Part shown: one piece after another, positions 54,448-61,579 of the stretch
Position numbering within the stretch: position 1 is the stretch's first letter
Layout of the letters: each line of letters begins with the position of its first letter
Program-made: the position numbers and the translations under genes
Notes under the pieces: generated by a model
The model's input: the letters and a program-made list of their open reading frames with translations, nothing else
What the model was told of the DNA's origin: nothing
Databases searched by the model: none
Virus record (IMG/VR): IMGVR_UViG_3300031911_000003
Location: 11,196-75,195 of that record
Strand: one strand, 5' to 3'
DNA: 64,000 nucleotides
From: a virus
Lineage: Duplodnaviria > Caudoviricetes

Positions 54448-56961
54448 TTACTTCCTCGCCATGCTCTGGCCTTCCCTGCCGCTCGATCGCGACTCTGTGG
54501 GCTTCCCAGACCCCTTTGCGGCCCAGCCTGCGATCTGCCAGGTCCCAACCCCACCGCTTCGCGGGCCTTTGACCAGTCTTAACTGTACGCCGTCAACCGA
54601 CACTTCCCTATCTACTAGGACACCTAGCGACTTACCAAGGCGGACAGGATCGCGGTAGGGTTGCCGCTCGTTCGTGAGCGCCTGTACGGCGCCGACGCAC
54701 TCGACGGCGCGCTCGTCGCCGTTCACGTACTTCTTGAACAGATCCGAGCTGCGAAAGTAGCCGCCGCCGAAGAGCAGGCCGAGCACGTGCAACGCCGTTT
54801 CGGCGGCGTGCCTGTCTCCGTTTAGCTCGGCGTTGTCGCTGAGTGGGTCCTCAAGATCGAGCCACAAGCATAGTTGCTGCACGAGCGCCGACCAACCCGG
54901 AAACTTCCGGTGCGCCGGAGCCGAATGCTGTGGGCAGCCGGCGACGGCCCAAGCCCGGACGATCGTGTAGGCGTCGCGCTTGGCCTGCGGCGAAGCGGCG
55001 GCGAAGGCGCTCGACTGTGTCGGGTTGAAGTCGGCGTCGGTCTGCGTCACGCGCTGGAAATTCGCGACGACAGCGCGCTCGGCGATGTCGCCGTCGAGCG
55101 TGATGTTGTTTCCGGTGACCAGGAACAGCGTACCGCCGAAGTCGGACTTTAAGAACCCGTGCTTGCCGAGCTCGCGGTCGGACGTCTCTGGGTTCGTGAG
55201 GATCCGGGCGAGCTTAGGGTTGCCGAAGCACCGCCCCTCGTCGAAGTTGTCCCACAGGACGAGCGGCTTGCGCGACCAGCCGTGAAGCGCCTTGCCCCAC
55301 TCGGCGTCGCGCGGGTCCTTGAGGTCGCTGTCCTCAGGACGGCGCCCGAAGAGCAGCCCGTAGGCGACGTGGGCGCACATGGTTTTGCCGCTGTTCTGCT
55401 GCGCGGCGCGGTGTACCCAGATTGGGCAAGTCTCATAGGCCGTGCGCGTCGCCAGCGTCAAGAGGAGGGCCAACCAGCGGGAGCGGTCGGCGCGCTCGCG
55501 GAAGTTGACCACGCGGACGTAGCGGAAGAGCCTGTCCGCCGCCGCGCGCGCTTCATCGCGGCTCGGCCGCTGCGGGACGTCGACTTCGCTTCCGAGATAG
55601 TAGGCGCGGCTCGCAGCGTCGTAGCCGGGCCGGTCGCTGATCCTGCCGGCTAGGGTGACGGGAGGCAGGTGCGCGACGCGCTTGAGAGGCCTGAGCCCCA
55701 GCCAGTGCCCGCGCGAGAGCAGCACTTGCGCGAGGCTGATAGACGGCTGCTTGTACTTCACCACCTCCTCGCCGTCCTCGTCCTCGCCCGTCACGAAGTA
55801 CTTCGCCGCCCGTCCCATCCACTCGGTCAACGCGTGCGGGTTGAGCCAGTGAATCTGATCGTCCGCATCGGGCAGCACGGCAGCAAGGTGGCCCGCATGT
55901 ACGTAGACGCCGTCAGGTAGGGCGGCGAGCGCGGCAACGGACTCCTCAACAATCCGCGGCAGGTCTGGCCCGAGCTCGATCGCGGCCACCTCGCGCGCCT
56001 TCTCGCGCAGCGCCCAGCCCCGCGTTTTGCGCATGGCCTCGCCGCCCGCGCCGGGTTTGCTCGCGTCGCGGCACTTGTGGTTGAGCTCCGCCAGGTTCCA
56101 CGAGTAGCGCTTGTTATTGCCATCGTGGCAGCGCCTGTTCCAGTCGCTCGCATGCATCTGCTCGGCGGCGTCCCGCGGGTCTATGGCGAGACCCCAGACG
56201 GCGAAGCGCGCTATCCCGAGGACGTGGACGCCCGCGCCGGAAGGCGGCATGGATGGCCAAGAGGGTTGGGAAGCTTTGAGGTAGGCGCTGAAGCGGCGGC
56301 GCTTCTCTTCGACGGGTACTTCGGGGACGTCGGCATCCTCGCTCGGCGACGCGGCGGGCTCGTCGAAGCGTGGGAACCAGGCGGGGTCGAACGTCGGCAG
56401 TGCGGCGAAGGCTTCAGGTGTCCAGACCGGGTCCTCTTCGTAGAGGCCGCCCGTGCCGTGGAGGCTGCCCGGCGCGACGACCTGACCCTCGTCAGCCTTC
56501 ACGTCTACGTCGAGCACCTCGACGCGCCCCTCGTCGAAGTCGTTTACCCAGCGAACCTTGACGCGTCCGCCGACGCGCTCTTTGGTGCTCGGCCTTCGGT
56601 AGTACCAGTGCTGCCCGCGCCACCCGGCGGTGTCCCGGCCGCTCAAGGCCACGATGGGTGTCGGTGGCAGGTGCTCGCGCGCCCACCACACAGCCTTCTC
56701 GCTGTCGACGTCTACGACGACGACTTCGAGCTCAGCACCGGGCACGCGGCCGGTTCGCACGCCGACGTTGTGCTCGGGCTGCAGGCCCGGCAGATCGGCG
56801 AGATTCTTTGCCGACGGCGCGCTCTGCCAGCCGTCCTCAAATGGCCGCTTGCCGCGCTTGTCGGGCGGCTTCTCCGCCTCGCGGGGATCGTTCGGGGCGA
56901 GCAGCGCTACAGGCGCCAAGCCGAAGCCGATGAGCCGCTCGGCGATCTGGAGGGCGTTCAC
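54448..56961 (-). CDS. Bifunctional primase/polymerase (prim-pol) fused to a P-loop helicase-like domain
   Basis: GKRP..GWQ, NVGVRTG, VVVDVD, GQHWYY and VVAPGSLH; C-terminal QQNSGKT, LWDN and VTGNN. Confidence 0.9.
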   Translation of the reverse strand: MNALQIAERLIGFGLAPVALLAPNDPREAEKPPDKRGKRPFEDGWQSAPSAKNLADLPGLQPEHNVGVRTGRVPGAELEVVVVDVDSEKAVWWAREHLPPTPIVALSGRDTAGWRGQHWYYRRPSTKERVGGRVKVRWVNDFDEGRVEVLDVDVKADEGQVVAPGSLHGTGGLYEEDPVWTPEAFAALPTFDPAWFPRFDEPAASPSEDADVPEVPVEEKRRRFSAYLKASQPSWPSMPPSGAGVHVLGIARFAVWGLAIDPRDAAEQMHASDWNRRCHDGNNKRYSWNLAELNHKCRDASKPGAGGEAMRKTRGWALREKAREVAAIELGPDLPRIVEESVAALAALPDGVYVHAGHLAAVLPDADDQIHWLNPHALTEWMGRAAKYFVTGEDEDGEEVVKYKQPSISLAQVLLSRGHWLGLRPLKRVAHLPPVTLAGRISDRPGYDAASRAYYLGSEVDVPQRPSRDEARAAADRLFRYVRVVNFRERADRSRWLALLLTLATRTAYETCPIWVHRAAQQNSGKTMCAHVAYGLLFGRRPEDSDLKDPRDAEWGKALHGWSRKPLVLWDNFDEGRCFGNPKLARILTNPETSDRELGKHGFLKSDFGGTLFLVTGNNITLDGDIAERAVVANFQRVTQTDADFNPTQSSAFAAASPQAKRDAYTIVRAWAVAGCPQHSAPAHRKFPGWSALVQQLCLWLDLEDPLSDNAELNGDRHAAETALHVLGLLFGGGYFRSSDLFKKYVNGDERAVECVGAVQALTNERQPYRDPVRLGKSLGVLVDREVSVDGVQLRLVKGPRSGGVGTWQIAGWAAKGSGKPTESRSSGREGQSMARK

Positions 56962-57266
56962 GCCGCACCTTCCAGAAAGCTGCTCAGGACTCGACGCAGG
57001 TTCTCTCGCTGCTCGTCGGTGAAAGTTTTGAACCCTATAGTAGACGCGACCTTAAGCGCAAGAGTAGCGCTGCACTCTGGCGCGTGCGGTGCTCTTCTCG
57101 ACGATACTTGATAAATTCGGCCTTGAACCCAATCGATGCCGTAGCAGAGTGAGGGCAACCAGTTAGCACCACCACACTCCTGGCAGACATCGGGCTTAGC
57201 TTCAAGCGGAGGGCGCCAATAATTCAGGAGTCGTCTGACCGAAGTTTTCATACCCCACCGTTGCAT
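56958..57266 (-). CDS. Small hypothetical protein with CxxC
   Basis: Overlaps the prim-pol start (GTGA). Confidence 0.5.
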   Translation of the reverse strand: MQRWGMKTSVRRLLNYWRPPLEAKPDVCQECGGANWLPSLCYGIDWVQGRIYQVSSRRAPHAPECSATLALKVASTIGFKTFTDEQRENLRRVLSSFLEGAA

Positions 57267-57343
57267 GCCCTCTCGGATGCGTCAAATGAGCGGTGCGAGC
57301 CTCCTATAGTCCCTTAGAGATAAATCTCTGAAATTTATATTTC

Positions 57344-57431
57344 TCTATATTCTACTCCATCTACTACACCATTAACTAAATATAAGAAATATAAGAAGAA
57401 TATAAGAGGGAGAAGAAAGGGAGGAGTGCAG
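57344..57431. repeat. 88-bp AT-rich direct repeat, copy 2 (origin-like)
   Basis: Identical to 19667-19754; between the divergent primase and PolA operons. Confidence 0.93.
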
Positions 57432-57574
57432 GTGACTAGTAGGATATTCTAAACGAACAGTATATGTTTCAGCAGCTTTAGGTATGACAAGATAGACAAA
57501 TTTCGGCTGTTTTGCCACCCAGTCAACGTTTGTGACACCCAGTCAAAACGAAACCTCAGATTTCTGAGGGTTGA

Positions 57575-58006
57575 ATGATAGTTGGAATACAACACCCTAC
57601 ACCAAAGATTTCGCATGTTTATGTAGTGAGGTGCAGTAGATCTGAGGTGGTGTTTCTGATAAGCTCTCAGACGATGAGACGAGAATGGAAACTCTGCCTG
57701 TACCGCGTCTACGCACTCCGCGACCCGAGAATCAAAGGTCACATTCCCTCTATTAGATACATCGGGCGGACGGAAGCCCGCTTATCGGAGCGTCTCCGTA
57801 CGCACCTGAGCCACGCCAAAGATCTGAAGAGGAAGACGCCTTATTTCGAGTGGATTCGCGAGCTTGTTCGCCTTGGATTCGCGCCCATCATCGAGGAACT
57901 AGCGAACGTTCCTGAGCGGCAGGCTTCGCTTAGGTTGGAGCTCAAGACGATCAGAGAGTATCGAGTGAAAGGTGCGCCGCTGTTCAACCATCTTCCGCTG
58001 AAGTGA
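57575..58006 (+). CDS. GIY-YIG endonuclease
   Basis: VYALRDPR...RYIGRT...ERLRTH...LELKTI; true start probably 57674. Confidence 0.85.
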   Translation: MIVGIQHPTPKISHVYVVRCSRSEVVFLISSQTMRREWKLCLYRVYALRDPRIKGHIPSIRYIGRTEARLSERLRTHLSHAKDLKRKTPYFEWIRELVRLGFAPIIEELANVPERQASLRLELKTIREYRVKGAPLFNHLPLK

Positions 58007-58467
58007 CGACGGCAAACGAACAAGACTTCACATTCACGGATGGGGAGAAGAAGCTCCTCATCGAGCGCTACGTCGGACACGGGTACGACCCGAGGGACGT
58101 CCACCTCCTCCTTTGGGAGGGCGTCGAGCCGCGCTGCGCCTACGACGCGTTCCTCTCGGCCTACGCTGGTTTCGTCGTCGAGTACATGCGCCTGTGCGGC
58201 GAGCGCGCCAAGGGGAAACCCTCCGCTGACGACGCTGAGGGGCGAAGACAGCAGCGCGATGTGCGCGACATCGTCTTTGAGATGATCCGCGAGCTCGCCG
58301 ACATGGACGGCGGAGACGACCCACTCGCGAAGTTCCACGCGATGCCTAAGCTCGTCTCCGCCCACGATCGCCTCGTCCGCAGCACGCGCGACGCCGAGAA
58401 GCACGATCTAGACGTCGCCGGCTCCATCCACAACATGATGGCCGCGAGCGCCTCTCGCGAAGATTGA
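58003..58467 (+). CDS. Hypothetical protein
   Basis: GTGA-coupled, helical; no recognised family. Confidence 0.55.
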   Translation: MTTANEQDFTFTDGEKKLLIERYVGHGYDPRDVHLLLWEGVEPRCAYDAFLSAYAGFVVEYMRLCGERAKGKPSADDAEGRRQQRDVRDIVFEMIRELADMDGGDDPLAKFHAMPKLVSAHDRLVRSTRDAEKHDLDVAGSIHNMMAASASRED

Positions 58468-58491
58468 CTCAGCGGATGACCTCGCGATAGA

Positions 58492-58755
58492 GTGAGGACC
58501 TCTTTAGTGGAGGTCCTACAGATGAAGCGAGACGACAACACGCGCGCTGCGGTGCTGCGCGTCCTGAAGCGAGCAAAGAAGCCACTCACTCGAATCGAGA
58601 TCGCAGAGCGCATGCCCGATTCTACGCTACGTGATATCGTCGAGCGCTCGAAACAGCATATTCTCGACGCGCTGCCCCTCGCTGCCATGCAGCGTGAGGG
58701 CACGGTGCGACGCGTCGGTGAGCGTCGCTTCGCCAAGTACGAGGCGGCGTCGTGA
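58492..58755 (+). CDS. Winged-helix DNA-binding protein
   Basis: VLRVLKRAKKPLTRIEIAER...LAAMQREGTVRRVG. Confidence 0.7.
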   Translation: MRTSLVEVLQMKRDDNTRAAVLRVLKRAKKPLTRIEIAERMPDSTLRDIVERSKQHILDALPLAAMQREGTVRRVGERRFAKYEAAS

Positions 58756-59711
58756 ACATCGTTCGGCGCGGCGCGCGGATTGAACCGATGCGTGTGATCC
58801 TCTTCGGCGGATCTGAGGTGTGGAAGACGAGCTCGCTCGCCTGCGCGGAGCGGGCGCTGTGGGCAGACTTCCACGGCTCGACGGCGACGCTGACGGAACA
58901 GCCCGACTGTCTTTTCCACCCGCGGACGGGGCGGCCGAAGCTCTACGCGGATCTGCAGGACGATCTGCGGGAGCTGGCAACAGACCAGCGCTGCCGCAAA
59001 GAGTGGGACTGGCTCATGCTGGACGGCCTCGACGACGTCGAGCGCCTGTACCTCGTGCCGGAGGCGCTGCGGCGCGCGGGGACAACGACTCTCGGCGAGA
59101 ACTACGGCAAGGCGTGCGACGCGCTCGTGCAGCTGCACGGCGAGTTCCTGCTCCTCGTCGACGAGGTGTGGCGTGCGGGCTACTCCGTCGGCATGACGTG
59201 CCACGAGCAGCGCGTCGAGCGCGTGAATCCAGACGGCGCCAACTACATGGCGACGGAGATGAACCTTTTTTACCAGGCCGGCAAGGTCGGCAAGTGGAAC
59301 TGCCCGCAGATCTGGCGCGACTGGGTCGACGCATGCGTGTACCTGACGACGGAGGGGCGCAAAGTCGCCAAGGGCGAAAAGGACAAGATCGGCAAGGCGC
59401 GCGGCGACGTCGACAAGCACGTCGCCTACCTCGGCTGCGAGGCGTGGCTCGATAGCGCCAAGGCGCGGCGGTGCGAGTCGCTTGAGTCGCCGTTGGCCAT
59501 CTCCTCGCCCGGCGACTTCTGGCAGCGCCTCACGGGTACGTGGAAGAGCAGCTTCGATATCGCCGGCCTCGAGCGGCGACGCGCGGAGGTGCGCGCTCTA
59601 GCTGAGGCTGCGCAGGTGAAGAATCCGGAGAAGCTCTTCGCCGCGGTGGCGACGGCGCGCAGTGCGCACGACCTCGAGAAGATCGCGGCGAGCCTGCAAA
59701 AGAAGGAGTGA
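58752..59711 (+). CDS. AAA_24/Sak4-like phage ATPase
   Basis: Walker A variant GGSEVWKT, Walker B LMLDG, TCHEQ; followed by an SSB-like gene. Confidence 0.8.
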   Translation: MNIVRRGARIEPMRVILFGGSEVWKTSSLACAERALWADFHGSTATLTEQPDCLFHPRTGRPKLYADLQDDLRELATDQRCRKEWDWLMLDGLDDVERLYLVPEALRRAGTTTLGENYGKACDALVQLHGEFLLLVDEVWRAGYSVGMTCHEQRVERVNPDGANYMATEMNLFYQAGKVGKWNCPQIWRDWVDACVYLTTEGRKVAKGEKDKIGKARGDVDKHVAYLGCEAWLDSAKARRCESLESPLAISSPGDFWQRLTGTWKSSFDIAGLERRRAEVRALAEAAQVKNPEKLFAAVATARSAHDLEKIAASLQKKE

Positions 59712-59712
59712 G

Positions 59713-60153
59713 ATGTTCGAGACATTCGTGAGAGATAGAGCGATGGAGTACGCAGGTTCAGATCCAAACGGCGCGTGGCCGAGCACCGTCATTCGGCTGC
59801 CGCTCGACCGCTACTTCGTGCTCGACGTCGATAGCGACATCGACGAGAAGTGGATCGAGGAGCACGGCAGCTACCCGCGCACCGCTGACGCCTACGTCCT
59901 CACCGACGACGGAATCCAGTTCGTGTGGTGCCGGCCGACGCTACCGGCCGAGAATTCGGTCTGGCACGGAGCGCAGGACGACAACTATCACGAGCTGTCG
60001 AAGGGCCGTGGCTGGGACATGAGGCTTCTCAGCAAGCGGCAGCCGTCGCTGCGCCGCAGCATGGTTGGCCTCACCGAGCGCGGCTGCGAGCTGGCGCTCG
60101 AATGGAACCGCGAGGCGCAGCTCGCTATGGAGGAGAAGCGGAAAGGAGCGTAG
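59713..60153 (+). CDS. Hypothetical protein
   Basis: SD AAGGAG upstream; 146 aa. Confidence 0.55.
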   Translation: MFETFVRDRAMEYAGSDPNGAWPSTVIRLPLDRYFVLDVDSDIDEKWIEEHGSYPRTADAYVLTDDGIQFVWCRPTLPAENSVWHGAQDDNYHELSKGRGWDMRLLSKRQPSLRRSMVGLTERGCELALEWNREAQLAMEEKRKGA

Positions 60154-60340
60154 ACGCAAGTGGATAAGGTGAGCATACTGATGCGACCCGAGGCGTTCAG
60201 GATCTGGGAGAAGGCGCACCCTCTCGGCTCCGAGCTTCAGGTCAACGTGGCGGGCGAGAGCCTGCTGTGCCAGGTGTCGGAGTTCTCCGACTACCACGGC
60301 AAGGTCGAGGTGCGCTGCAAGGTAAAGGAGAAGAGGTAGC

Positions 60341-60871
60341 ATGCCCAAGTTGTTCGAAGGAGAAGTCAAAGCGCGCGGCGTCAACGGCACGCTCATGTGT
60401 GAGGCTGGCAGCGCCAGCGCGAAGGGGCCGCAGGTGTCGGCCCGTGTGAAGATCGAGAAGGGCCAGAAAGCCAAGGACGCGGCGGGGCGCGTCGTCGAAG
60501 TCGGTGAGGAGGAGCTCGTCTGGTACGCGACGGTTACAGACAAGACGCGCGAGCGCACGATCGAGTCGCTCAAGCACTTCGGGCTGCGCGCCGCGGTGGC
60601 GCGACAGTTCGTCGAGAACGCCGAGGCGGGCGAGTACGGCAAGGCGCCGCTCGCCGCCGGCTTTGGGTCGAAGGTGGCGTCGCTCACCCTCGAGATCGAC
60701 GAGTACCAGGGCAAGAAGAAGACGAAGATCCAGTGGGTGAACGGACCCGAGGGCGGAGGCCGGAACAAAGCCGCCGACGCCCCGGAGATGAAGCTGGACC
60801 TCGACGCGCCGGACGAAGAGGGTGACGAGATCAAAAAGAGCGCCGAAGACGACGCGCCGTGGAACAAGTGA
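60341..60871 (+). CDS. Phage ssDNA-binding protein-like
   Basis: OB-like core, 'EIDEYQGKKKTKIQWVN', acidic tail ending DDAPWNK; SD GAGG; next to the Sak4-like ATPase. Confidence 0.7.
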   Translation: MPKLFEGEVKARGVNGTLMCEAGSASAKGPQVSARVKIEKGQKAKDAAGRVVEVGEEELVWYATVTDKTRERTIESLKHFGLRAAVARQFVENAEAGEYGKAPLAAGFGSKVASLTLEIDEYQGKKKTKIQWVNGPEGGGRNKAADAPEMKLDLDAPDEEGDEIKKSAEDDAPWNK

Positions 60872-60879
60872 GGACGACT

Positions 60880-61149
60880 ATGCCCATCGAGACGAAACCC
60901 GAGCAGAAGACCCTGACCGGCGATGAGGCGCGTCGCGCCGTCGCCGACGGCGTGCAGCGAGCGCTGAACCGACGGATCGACGAGAAGGCCCTCAAGATTA
61001 CAGTGAGTCAGATCGACGACGGACAGAGCATGAGCAGTAGTCCCGTCAACGACATCACTATCACCTGTGACGTCGTCGGCCCGCTCAAGGGACCGAAGGT
61101 CGGGACGAAGCGCGCCGCCCGCAAGCCGAAGCCCGCGACAGCCGCCTGA
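60880..61149 (+). CDS. Hypothetical protein
   Basis: 89 aa with SD GAGGA upstream. Confidence 0.5.
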   Translation: MPIETKPEQKTLTGDEARRAVADGVQRALNRRIDEKALKITVSQIDDGQSMSSSPVNDITITCDVVGPLKGPKVGTKRAARKPKPATAA

Positions 61150-61186
61150 GCTTGACGCAGCGGCGCAGACGCGCGACGCTGCGGTC

Positions 61187-61579
61187 ATGTACCTAGCACT
61201 CATCCCCGACGCTGACACGATAAAGGTGCTGAAGGCGTACTCGCCCAACCTACCCGAAGACGTCCACCTGACCGTCATCCACAGCAAGGTCATCTTCGAC
61301 ATCGAGAAGCTGCCGTTGCCCGACTCGGTGAAGCTCCCGATCACCGCGGCAGTCGCAGGCGCTGCCGTCTTCGGCGGCAAGAACAAGGTCAACGTGCTCA
61401 AGTGCCACGCGACGCCGCTTCTTGAGCTGCGCGCCTGGGCTGAGCGCGTCCTTCTAGCGCAGCAGCTCTCCTGGTCGTCGGAGTGGACCTTCTCGCCACA
61501 CGTCACCGTCGGCAAGCAGGTGAGCTCCGCGACGAAGTGGAACTTCCTGCGCTTCTCGCGTCTGGAGTGGCGTCTGTGA
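61187..61579 (+). CDS. 2H phosphoesterase, Acb1 (T4 57B)-like
   Basis: Two HxT motifs (VHLTVIHS, PHVTVG); own leaderless-type promoter TTGACG-N17-GACGCT-N6-ATG. Confidence 0.75.
   Translation: MYLALIPDADTIKVLKAYSPNLPEDVHLTVIHSKVIFDIEKLPLPDSVKLPITAAVAGAAVFGGKNKVNVLKCHATPLLELRAWAERVLLAQQLSWSSEWTFSPHVTVGKQVSSATKWNFLRFSRLEWRL

Noticed and set aside
2086-58838. 45-bp repeat as a DGR template/variable pair
   Set aside because: The copies are identical with no adenine-specific mismatches, it is too short, and no reverse transcriptase is seen.
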